Of a DNA stretch of 64,000 nucleotides, positions 26,946 through 38,829 are shown piece after piece. The stretch is from the NCBI RefSeq assembly GCF_000143415.4, contig NW_003314261.1, forward strand, positions 1,289,674 to 1,353,673, written 5' to 3'. Below the pieces are notes generated by a model that was not told where the DNA came from, did not search any database, and saw nothing but the letters and a program-made list of their open reading frames with translations. Origin of the DNA: Selaginella moellendorffii (taxonomy: Eukaryota; Plantae; Lycopodiophyta). The translations under genes were made by a program, and so were the position numbers. Every line of letters begins with the position of its first letter. Position 1 is the first letter of the stretch.

Positions 26946-29900
26946 AGTGTGAGAGGGTGAAAGCCCAAAGCGTTCATCTCCCAGACCCTGGGGGGTTTGG
27001 TGAGCTCCAAAAGTATAGTAAGGGGGAGGACTGCAGTGGAGCCATTTTGGCCAAAAAAGGCCAGTTTAGCCCAGGAAGGCTATACCCAGTGTTGGGTGAT
27101 GAGCTGCCCACTGGGAAGTCCAAGACTAGAGTGAACATGGACCGACAGGCGGGGTAGCTTGGTGAAGTGTTCAAGAGCCGGTTCTAGTTCCCCCGGGAGA
27201 TCGAATGGTTGATGCTCCCAGTCCAAGTGTGGGTGGCACTACCTACTTGGATACCTGGCGTGGCTCAATCGAACCTCGCTCTAAGCCCATGGCTAGAGCA
27301 CCCAAAGGCGGAAAGCGGGGAGAGTACCCACGAGGCTCGCGTAAGGCCACGGTGTTCCGAAATGCTATCCCAAAGGCCTAGACTGTGGAAAGGAAGAGGA
27401 GTAGTCCTCTGGAGTAGAGACCAAGGATATAGTCGTGTGGCAAGGAAGTCCCAGAGGACTGTGGGACTTAGTGGTCGGGCCTATGGGCCTCGATCCAGTG
27501 GCAGTGTTGGCGAACACGGCCATGGGCAGAAAGGGATTGGGTGGGGACCGGAAAAGGGATATTGGGGAAGGCTATTCCCCATGTCTGTGGGTATCCTAAG
27601 GATGCTAAGGAGTGGATCTGAGATGACCACTCATGGGCGAAAAGCCTAGTCTTGGAGAGACGAGATTGCAATGCAGGTGGTGTTAGACCACTAATATGAC
27701 CAAGGTGAATGAGCGTGGCCTAGCGTAACGGGCTCATATGTCGGTGGTACCTTGGGGTGTCGGTCATGAGATCGGACATGTGGAGCACTTGGACCAAGTG
27801 CAACGGTTGAGTGGCACGGATGCAATTCCTGGGGCTAGCAAGTCCCCAAGTCCGGAATAGGACTTATGGAGGTTGTGAGTGAGACTCCTCCAAGTGGTCG
27901 AAGGTGTAGTTAAGTGACTAAAGTAGAATGGAAAAATTAGTTGCTTACAACTTGGTATCGGAGCTGTTTCTTAATTCGACTTTTATTGGTGCTCAAGTAT
28001 ATCACCACTTGTATTGGAATTGGAAGGTCCTAGGTATGGACCTATCCTCGAGGAGGAGCATGTCAAGAGGACATGGCTCTCCACTCAAGTTCATGCATGA
28101 ACTTGTGCGCAATGTGGTGGATAGAAAATGCCAGTAAGGGAACGACTTTGGGATCTTGGGAACAGTATAAAGGTTTCCTTAGAGAGTTGAGGATGTGATC
28201 CAGATGAGCGTTTAATGCAGCAAACGAGATAATGTAGTTGTGATAAACAAGTATAGTTGGGATCACGGGAAAGAGGTAGACTCCAAAACAATAAAGGAGT
28301 CACAAGATTACCCTCATGTAGTTGAGGCTGGTGCTCATAAATTTGAGACCGGAATTGATGACCGTGGGAGGTCAAATACGGAAAAGGACACAAGTCCTTG
28401 AAATAGTAGCCAAGGCTACCTTTAATAAATGCTGGAACAACCCAAGGAGTTCGGGGTGTACTTAGAGATGAGTTGGTATTCTCATCACATGAATAAGTAG
28501 TCATAAGGGGCAAAGGTTACCCCCAGAGAACAAAATCAAGTGTAAGAGTAACACTTTCAAAATGGTCCTTGTGAGTAGGACATGAATACAAGAAGTTGTA
28601 TTCTAATGGGCTAGCACCTCAAAAGTAGACCTCATGGGTCATCGAATTAGCAAAGTCCAAAAAGTCTGATAACTCTAATAGAGTTAAAGAATAATCCTAA
28701 GGGATTGATGGAAGCATTTGGACTAAGGTGTGTGGTGCCCCATGAAGGAGGGGGAGGATCTTGAGATCCAAGCATGAGAACAATATGTATCTCATTGATG
28801 GCAGAAGGTGCTATGCTAAAGTCGTGGGAAAGAGTTTCCCGGAAGAAAACAACTTTGACACAAAGTTGTGCGTGAACTCTATGGTGCAGTGCTAATGGAT
28901 AATTGGCATAAGAGACAACTATATTAGTCTTGGCAAAAGGACCTAGACATAAGTAAGAAGTGTCATAAAGGTAGGTTCGTGGGGCCAATGGTGTGGAGAC
29001 ACCAAATGTGCTAAGGTGTGATACCTTGAGGTTACGTTGGTGGGTTTATAAAAACCCCTTGCCAAGGGAATCCCAACGGAAATGGGAATGGCATAACCTA
29101 AGTTGGAAGGCATGTGGTAGAGTGTGGTGACCAAAACAATGATGGAGGTGTGGAAGCACCAGCAATGAGTTGTAGGACTTGACAACTATAAGGCAACTAT
29201 GCAAAAGGTGCCAAATAATTAGTTAAACTGGTAGAAGGTAGCTACCCAAGACTTCTTAATGGCATAAGGAAGTTAGATATACCCTTATGGGGGATAAATT
29301 GCTTATGTTGCAATATAGTAAGTTAATGTCGTAAAAGGGAATGCTCATTGTCAAAGAGGCTACCATTTGAGAAATCCAAACACTCTAGAAACCAGGAGGT
29401 GGTGTTTGATGTCACGAGGGCAATAGATAAGGCCCAAGGGACTAAGTCCCTAGCGAATGGTGGATAAAAGGTGCTATCCAAATGTCCAAAGTTGCGAAAA
29501 CAGGAGAAGACAATCTACCCGAATNNNNNNNNNNNNNNNNNNNNNNNNNNNNNNNNNNNNNNNNNNNNNNNNNNNNNNNNNNNNNNNNNNNNNNNNNNNN
29601 NNNNNNNNNNNNNNNNNNNNNNNNTGATAACTTCAAAAAGGGTGGGCCATGGGGCCAAACATGGAGGAGTCCATGCATGATCACGGACTTGTCAAGTGAG
29701 AGGACTTGGCAGTGTGGAGGAACTAGGTTCCTAAGCTGTGATCTGTAGCGCGCTTTAAGTATAAAGTTGGTGCACCGGCGTGGGGAGTCACGCCAGGCAT
29801 CTAGGGTGATGCTGTCCGTAGATGCATATACGGAGGTTGGGTTCGAGTCCCGACCCTGTAGTGCTTGGGTTCGAGTCCCAAATCACTAGGGTGTGGTGAT

Positions 29901-32334
29901 GGTTTGGAATATGAGGACACTCATATTTCGGTGGTCATGGACTCTCAATGAGGAGATTAGCTTGGGCACACTGCCAAGCGGGGGATGCCCCGGAGTCGTG
30001 ATGCATGGTTAGATTGCTTAGAGTGAAAGCTTGGCATATCTAACTTGAACACTTTGGTGCAAAGGGCACCAAAGACGTGGTGAATGAGATGGGGACACCC
30101 AGTCTCAATTGCTATGGATCCTTGGACAGAAGGGTTGGCTTGGGCGCACCGCCAAGTGTGGGGGATGCCCCCGGGGTCATAGTCAACAATTTAAAAGGGT
30201 CTGGAAGACCTAGTACCTATTGGCAAGCCCGGTAAGTTGCCAAGGTTAGATCACTAGGTGGTCTTATAGCTAAGCAAAGATAAGGTCCTTGTGAAGTTAA
30301 GGAATAAAGTTCTTAGTTCAGAAAGTTGATTTGAACTGTTGATGATGGTGGGACTTGGTCAAAGTGACCAAGTGGGAAGAACACCTAAGGGAAATGAGCT
30401 ATGTCAATGCGATGGCATAGTAAATTCGAGGAAAATAGTCTCTATAAGAGATCCATGGGAGGGTCTCAAAATTGGGCCGCGGATAGAGCCTACAGTAGAA
30501 AATGTTAAAGAGACGTACTAGGGGTGAACACCCTCTGGACTTTGCAAAGCAAAGTGGTTGCTATGGAACCAAAAGGATACCTCGAGAATGGAGGTAGCAA
30601 TCTTATGTTGCTGGGTGCAACAATCAAGGATAGGAGCAAAAAGACTAGTGGCTAAGAAGGTTAGGTCAATGGAATCTGAGACTACTCGAGAATGAGTAGT
30701 GGAATTGGGTTAGAGAGGGTGTCTCTAACGGGTTTAGCGAGAACTGAACCAATAAAAATGAGCAAACCACCCCAGGTGGTTGAGTGAGTCTCTAGGTTGG
30801 AGAGACTACGCTCCTTAGAGGATGGACAAGGCATGGTGAGCCTTCAGGGTCAAACCATAGACAAATATTGGCTAAGTGCCAAGGATGGAAATACCTGCGG
30901 ATGTTACTTTATAAAAGGGTTTACCGTTCGATGAGGACATCAAACTTCGTCTATGGGTGGTGGAGTTGTGAGACACAAATCCCTAAGCCCCAAAGTGGGG
31001 CCGAAAGGGTGCCACGTGGTAGTGGCTGAAGCAAAAGCCAAACGAGCGTAACACGTTTGGACTAAAAGGCTCCGACTTGAAAGGTCGAGAGCGGGAGTGG
31101 AACTCCCAACAAAGTGCTCGAAGAATGAGCACGAAGCGAGCAATAAGCAAGGCTCTACAAAGGGACTCAAAAAGGACTAACACATGACACGTGGAAGTGT
31201 CCGAGATGGAGTCTCAAAGTTGGGCCGTGGATAGAGCCCACGGTAAAAAATGTTAAAGAGACGTACTAGGGGTGAACACCCTTTGGACTTGGCAAAGCAA
31301 AGTGGTTGCTATGGAACCGAAAAGATACCTCGAGAATGGAGGTAGCAATCCTATGTTGCTGGGTGCAACAATCAAGGATAGGAGCAAAAAGACTAGTGGC
31401 TAAGAAAAGAGCCGTGGGAATCATGGGAAACAATCTAAATGGCAAAGTTAAGCATGGAACACTAATGTGTTGGATGCTAATGGATTGTGAGAAAGGAAGT
31501 GTTCTTCCAAGGATGGATTCCCAATCGCTCCAAGCTAGCAAAGGTGAAAGCTCTAAGGGAGGGAGCGGCCAAGTAGCCAAATGATAAAGCCGTGGGCAAC
31601 CCTAGCACAAATTATGTTAACTGAAACTTAGTGCTCAATGTGGCACGATATTGAAGAGAGGATGATGGTGCCCTCAAGTAAAGGACTTCCTAGGATGGGG
31701 AAGTGGAGTTGCACCATGTGCAACGTAAAGTGTCGGAAACACCTAGGAAATTGACTCTGAGAAGTCAAAATTAAAAGTTCTAAAGTGCAAAGCTTAGGTC
31801 AATGGAATCTGAGACTACTCGAGAATGAGTAGTGGAATTGGGTCAGAGAGGGTGTCTCTAACAGGTTTAGCGAGAACTGAACCAATAAAAACGAGCAAAC
31901 CACCCCAGGTGGTTGAGTGAGTCTCTAGGTTGGAGAGACTATGCTCCTTAGAGGATGGACAAGGCATGGTGAGCCTTCCGGGTCAAACCATAGACAAATA
32001 TTGGCTAGGTGCCAAGGATGGAAATGGTAATACCTGCGGGTGTTACTTTATAAAAGGGTTTACCGTTCGATGAGGACATCAAACTTCGTTTATGGGTGGT
32101 GGAGTTGTGAGACACAAATCCCTAAGCCCCAAAGTGGGGCCGAAAGGGTGCCACGTGGTAGTGGCCAAAGCAAAGGCCAAACGAGCATAACACATTTGGA
32201 CTAAAAGGCTCCAATTTGAAAGGTTGAGAGCGGGAGTGGAACTCCCAACAAAGTGATCGAGGAATGAGCACGAAGCAAGCAATAAGCAAGGCTCTAAAAA
32301 GGGACTCAAAAAGGACTAACACATGACATGTGGA

Positions 32335-32825
32335 AGTGTCTGAGATGGAGTCCGAGGTGGACCCGAGGTGGAGTCCGAGATGGAGTCCGAGAAGGACTCG
32401 AGATGGAGTCCAAGATGGACCCGAGGTGGAGTCCGAGATAGAGTCCGAGAAGGACCCGAGATGGAGTCCAAGATGGAGTCCAAGATGGAGTCTGAGATGG
32501 AGTCCGAGATGGACCCGAGATAGAGTCCGAGATGGAGTTCGAGATGGAGTCCGAGATGGACCCGAGATGGAGTCCAAGATAGAGTCCGAGATGGAGTCCG
32601 AGATGGAGTCCGAGATGGATCCGAGATGAAGTCTGAGATGGAGTCCGATAAGGACCCGAGATGGAGTCCGAGGTCGAGACCGAGATCGGGACCGAGACCG
32701 AGACCGAAACCGGGACCAAGACCGAGACCGAGACTGAGATCGGGACCGAGACCGAGGCCAAGGCCGAGACCGAGCCCAAACCCGAGTTCGAGTCCGAGTT
32801 CAAGTCCGAGTCCAAGTTCAAGTCT
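32335..32825 (+). repeat. 12-bp/6-bp minisatellite inside the 3' LTR
   Basis: Same unit as 26390-26945 with a different copy number. Confidence 0.95.
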
Positions 32826-33823
32826 GAGAGGGTGAAAGCCCAAAGCGTTCGTCTCCCAGACCCTGGGGGGTTTGGTGAGCTCCAAAAGTGTAGTAAGGGG
32901 GAGGACTGCAGTGGAGCCATTTTGGCCAGGAAAGGCCAGTTTGGCCCAAGAAGGCTGTACCCAGTGTTGGGTGATGAGCTGCCCACTGGGAAGTCCAAGA
33001 CTAGAGTGAACATGGACCGACAGGCGGGGTAGCTTGGTGAAGTGTTAAGGAGCCGGTTCTAGTTCCCCTAGGAGATCGAATGGTTGATGCTCCCAGTCCA
33101 AGTGTGGGTGGCACTACCTACTTGGATACCTGGCGTGGCTCAATCGAACCCCGCTCTAAGCCCATGGCTAGAGCACCCAAAGGCGGAAAGCGGGGAGAGT
33201 ACCCACAAAGCTCGTGTAAGGCCACGGTGTTCCGAAATATTGTCCCAAAGGCCTAAATTGTGGAAAGGAAGAGGAGTAGTCCTCTGGAGTAGGGACCAAG
33301 GATATAGTCATGTGGCAAGGAAGTCCCAGAGGACTGTGGGACTTAGTGGTCAAGACTATGGGCCTGGATCTAGTGGTAGTGTTGGCGAACACGGCCATGG
33401 GCAGAAAAGGACTAGGTGGGGACCGGAAAAGGGATATTGGGGAAGGCTTATTTGTGGGCATTCTAAGGATGCTAAGGAGTGGATCTGAGATGACCACTCA
33501 TGGGCGAAAGGCCCAGTCTTGGAGAGACGAGATTGCAATGCAGGTGGTGTTAGACCACTAATGTGACCAAGGTGAATGAGCGTGGCTTAGCATAACGGGC
33601 TCATATGTCGGTGGTACCTTGGGGTGTCGGTCATGAGATCGGACATGTGGAGCACTTGGACCAAGTGCAATGGTTGAGTGGCACGGATGCCATTCCTGGG
33701 GCTAGCAAATCCCCAAGTCTAGAATAGAACTTATGGAGGTTGTGAGTGAGACTCCTCCAAGTGGTCGGAGGTGTGGTTAAGTGACTAAAGTAGAATGGAA
33801 AAATTAGTCGCTTACAGTATAGT

Positions 33824-34696
33824 TGTAGTGCATGTGGTTTTTATCATTTATCATATGGTGATTTACCATAGAATAACCACGAAGCAGAACCTAAACCTTC
33901 TATGTGCCACATGTCACATTCCATGTGTCTAAAGGATAGTGGTGCAAAACCTAAATTTCAAGGCTTTGGGCCATTGAACAAAGAAACAATGCTAAACTCC
34001 TAGCATGGAACCAAGAGCACGGAATGACTTTTGAGCATATAGCCCAAGGAGCAAAGGGATAGGAGCATAGAGTGACTTGGAACAGTCCTAGAGCATCTAA
34101 CATTCCAATGCTAGGACTAGCACACAAAACGGAGCTAAACGGAGTCTGGTGCTATTTCAGCATACTTGTAGCATAACGCAAGGATATAGGGTATAGCCGA
34201 CTAACCTGAGGCATAGACTAGCTCCCGCTTGTATGCCTGTCTTTGTTTTGCATCTGGCTTAGGTCTAAGCCCAAGTTCCATACCATGTTAGTTAGTGGAG
34301 TACCCATATCCTCGCATTAGGCCACCGATATGCTGAAATAGCGCCAGACTCCAGTTGACTTTGTTTTGGGTGTTGGTCCTGGCATTGGGATATTAGATGC
34401 TCTAGAACTGTTCCACATCACTTTGTGCTCCTGTCCCTTCGCTCCTTAGGCTGCATGCTCGGGAGTCGTTCCGTGTTCCAATGCATTGCTCCTTGGTTCT
34501 ATGCTAAGAGTTTGGCACCGTTTCTTCTTTCAATGGCCCAAAGCCTTAAAACTTGGGTTTTACACCATTGTCCTTTGGACATGTGGCATGTGGCATATGG
34601 CATATGACACATGGCTCATGGAAAGTTTAGGTTCTGCTTCGTGGTTATCCTATGGTAAATCACCATAGGATAAAGGTAAAAACCACATGTGCTACA
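33824..34696. mobile_element. 873-bp fold-back element with ~365-bp inverted arms homologous to an LTR end
   Basis: TGTAGTGCATGTGGTTTTTA at the left and TAAAAACCACATGTGCTACA at the right. TSD ATAGT at 33819-33823 and 34697-34701. The arms match 43370-43870 and 48441-48930. Confidence 0.85.
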
Positions 34697-35544
34697 ATAG
34701 TGGTAGATATCAACATTAAAAAGCTTTTGTTTAGGCTAGAATTGACATCACTAATGTAAACATCATATACCACTATATTATGGAAATAACTAAGAAAAAT
34801 GTGCATCCTTTTTCATGACAATTTACTTGAGCGACTTTTTAACTCACATCTCTCCATGACTGCAAATAACTATTGTTGTTTATGTTTGAGGACATTTTTT
34901 AAACTCATTTGGTAATGAATGTGCAAAGGGCTAGCAAGGAAGAGAAAGTAGTGTGAATCTGGTGGGGTGAACATTAACACTTCTCTAAGAGTTGCCAATT
35001 GGCTCTACCACACTCTCAATCTCTTCACAAACATTGCAAAAAGCTCCCTCAAACATCACTCTATGACCTTTTTGTTAAGTTTTATTGTTGTGATCACTAT
35101 GAAATCAATCTTTGAAAGCTAGCAGTTAGTGTTCTAGAATTTGGAAAAATAGCCTACATTAACTGGAATATTCTAAAATATTCTATAATACCAAATAATA
35201 TTCTGTCAAGGTTTTAGCATCAGTAATTGTTAATCAATAATATTTTTTGAAAAATTAATATTTATGATTAATTAAAAATTGAAATCAAATTCTTATTTGT
35301 GCTAATCAAAAATATTTATAGCAGTACTATTTATTAAGTAACAAAGATTGAGCATTTAACTCCTTTTTTAGTTAATTTAAAGAATTTAATTGTTTCAATA
35401 TTAAATTTAGTTTTCTAATAACAAAAAAGTGACACACTCAAAGTTTTTATTGTATTGATATTGACTATAGATTTAGCTTTCTCTTATTTATAATGTACTT
35501 TAAAATAAAATTATTGATAGTATAGAATTTGTTAGTACATGGAA

Positions 35545-38229
35545 TATGAAAAGAGAATATAGAAAATATGTATATCAATTAGCCCAAAATATAGCTTATA
35601 TATAGGAACAAATAGTCCAGATTGAAACCAATCTAATAATTACCAAAGTCCCACTATGCTAATATTAATATACGGCATCGTAGGCATGCATTTGGATCTC
35701 ATATCATCTCCTCCTCTTGAAATGATGAAAGACTATCAGGGTTCTTTCGTGGATGGCCCAGGATTTGGAGGAACATCAGGAGGAGGCATTGGTAGATATG
35801 TAGGTGGCGCCAGTTGTTCTTGATCCCTTTGTAAGAAGCATTTTAGCCATTGCATATGCACAATTTCTAGAGGATCGGCCTATTGGATGTCATGCCAAAC
35901 CTCATAAGCTTGTAATCCAATTTGCCGCAACACTTGATATAGTCCTTTGTATTGAGCAAGGAGCCCTTTTGGATAAACCACATATCGTAAGATGGGGAAA
36001 ATGGATTAACACCTAATCATCCACTTTGTACTGTATAAATGGATGATGATGGGAGTTCTAATGTTGTTATCATCCCACTTGTATGCGTCCCAGGTGTTTA
36101 GCAGACTCTACTTGGATAAGTGGAAAGATGCTTGTCAAATACTAATCCCACGACCTAGCATCAATAGCTTGCAACAATTGCAAAGGTAAGCCCAACTTTG
36201 TTCGCAATATTGGATTATGACTATGTAGGAGTTTATATAGTGAAGCACCAACAGAAATCTACACTCTTGTGACATAGGTATACCAAAGAGACGGCAAATA
36301 ACCATCTCAATCTGAATGTTGAAAGTTTGTGTACTTCGCAATCATCCCTTTGAAAGTCCAAACTAGCCGTTCCATCAAACTGTTTAACTGTGGATGATAA
36401 GCACTCTTGAAAGTGTGGTGTATCCCCAATCGAGAATGTAAATGCCGGAATGGCAAGTCATCAGCAAGTGATGTAGAATTCTCAAACCTATCGTAAAGCC
36501 TTCCAATCCATGGCTCAATATTTAGAGCTTCACAAACTTTGTCAAAAGAAGGTAAATCTTGTTCTGCACTTTGTGGACACTAAACGTCAAGTACAACAAC
36601 CGCTGATAGCACGGATTCCTCATCCAAAAATTCCATAAACGTTAGAACAACAAGCTCATCAGAAACATGAGAAGAGAGTTAAGAAGGAAGAGGAGTTCGA
36701 GAAAGGGCATCAGGATCAACCATAGAACTCCCTAGGCGATGAACTACATCAAAATTATATATCTGAAGCTTTATAGCTCATTGAGCAGTATGACCAACTA
36801 AGTTCTTCCACTTCAATAATGAAGTAACTGTAGCATGATCACCTTCTAATAACATCCAAGAGCCATGTAGATATGCATAAAGTTTCTCAAAACAACCAAA
36901 ATATTGCTAAACAATTCTTCTCTATCGTGGAATAGTTCACCTCGAATGGCTATAATGTACGGCTGATATATGCAATAAGATGGCATTGACTAAGCACACT
37001 CGAGCTCTTTTGCATTAACACATCAGAAGCATTTACAAACAAAATGAAAGGTTGAGTGTAGTTAGAATACACCAAAACCAGAGGAGTTGTCAATAGCTCT
37101 TTGAGATTCATAAATGCCCACTCATAGTTTGCAAACTAGATGAAAGATGATGTTAATGACTTTAGCAACACTTATAACAGTGTAGTGCGATAAAAAAGAT
37201 GATCAACAAAATGACCAAGATACTGCACCTTGCTTAAGAAGCATTGCACATCATTCACACACTTCGAAGTAGGAACTTTAGAATAGCTATAAGTTCTTCA
37301 AGATCAATATGCAAACCCTCATGAGAAATATAGTACCCAAGATAAGTTCTGTCCCTAGATCTGAACACACACTTCAACCGCTTTAACTTTAAACTAACTT
37401 TTTGTAGCCGACTCAACACCTTATAAACATCATGGATGTATTCCTCCTACGTCCCCTCTGAGTGGATCAAAACATTATCGATGAAGTCAGTAGCGACCTT
37501 TAGCATATCACAAAAAACCTCTTCCATCATCTGCTAAAAAGTGGCTAAAGTATTGTTCAAACTAAATAACATCACCAAAACTTCATACAAACCAAATAGT
37601 GTATGAAAAACAATTTTAGGAATATCTACTTTAGCCATTAGTATTTGCCAGTACCTAAAAGCAAGATCTAACTTGGTGAATCAATGACTTCTCCCCAGAT
37701 GATCCAAAATATCAGTAGTGCTAGGAAGAGGGTACACATTCAGGATTGTCACTTTATTTAACGGATGATAGTCAATGCAAAAATGAATACTCCCATTAAG
37801 CTTCATCATAAAATGAGGTTCATATGCCCAATGACTTTTGAATAACACCCTTTTCCAATATCTCCTTGATGTTTGCATGTAAAATATTAATCTCTTTGGA
37901 TAATCGACAATGAACTAGAACCTTGATTGGACAAGCATCCTTAGTTGGAATAGGATGACGTGCGGCAATTTTGGCCCCAAATGACAGGTTAAATTCAAAG
38001 AGATCAGCATACTCCTGCAAGAGCTAGTCAACTGCTACAATACAAAGACCATTGGAAGGATTGAAAAAGGGAAGAGAGGAACAACATGAAAATAAAGGAG
38101 GAAGTAATGGGGAGACAAAAGTGATGGAAGTAGAGGAAGTAGAAGGACGAAGGGGTACAAAAGTAGAAGGAATGAAAGAAATATAAGGGAGTATGAAACA
38201 AAAGAGAGAAGCCTTAAAGTTACACTTGG
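35545..38229 (-). mobile_element. 3' half of the host Gypsy element (PR end, RT, RNase H, partial INT, polypurine tract, truncated 3' LTR)
   Basis: FCIDYHPLNKVT..YPLP, FIDNVLI, FVNASD and SAYHPQLNSLMER. Polypurine tract aagaggaggagatga precedes an LTR starting at 35703 that matches 55284 downward. Confidence 0.88.
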
Positions 38230-38829
38230 GAGCATAGACTATACATAAGCTCACGAGTTGAAGAGTTGAGCTTACTAGTTGAGCTCAATTTTCAATTGTA
38301 ATTTAGTAGAAACATTATAAACTTTAAAATTTTAAAGTTATGGTGAACCTAATAATTTCATAACTCTTTATATATTATATAGATAAAAATGTTCTAAAGG
38401 ACACTTCTTGTTCTAATAATTTAAATATTTACTACTTGCAATGATAGGGATGTTTGTTAGAACATAAAATAAAATGCTTGCAAAAAGAGTATTCTTATCA
38501 CTTCTTTAAATTTGTACTTTGTGTTTTCTGGCTAGTAAATGTTAGGTTTGTCAGAATTTTAAAATTATTAAATTGGAATTAAGATTCTATATAAGGATAT
38601 ATAACCATTTAAAAGGAAAAAAAAATAACTGTGATGGTACATATGCTCTCACAATACATTGCAACATCATGCATTCGAAAGATTACCATGAAATATTTTT
38701 TGAGATGGTAAAGACAAAAATGGAGATTCATAAATATTATGGGCAGCATTGCAAAAAGAACCCTCGCAAGTATATGAAATAAAAAGTGAAATAATAAAAT
38801 ATTTTTATTAATTATATAAGGTATAATTA

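Larger units (their letters stand above)
26160..33816 (+). mobile_element. Full-length non-autonomous (LARD-like) LTR retroelement
   Basis: 5' LTR 26160-27949 and 3' LTR 32106-33816. TSD GTATA at 26155-26159 and 33817-33821. PBS TGGTATCGGAGC at 27953. No long internal ORF. Assembly gap at 29525-29624. Confidence 0.93.

Noticed and set aside
26299-27157. Long ORFs in several frames (poly-GL, poly-SD, MESE repeats), likewise 21385-21651 and 32122-33032
   Set aside because: They are translations of a stop-free 6/12-bp LTR minisatellite, not genes.
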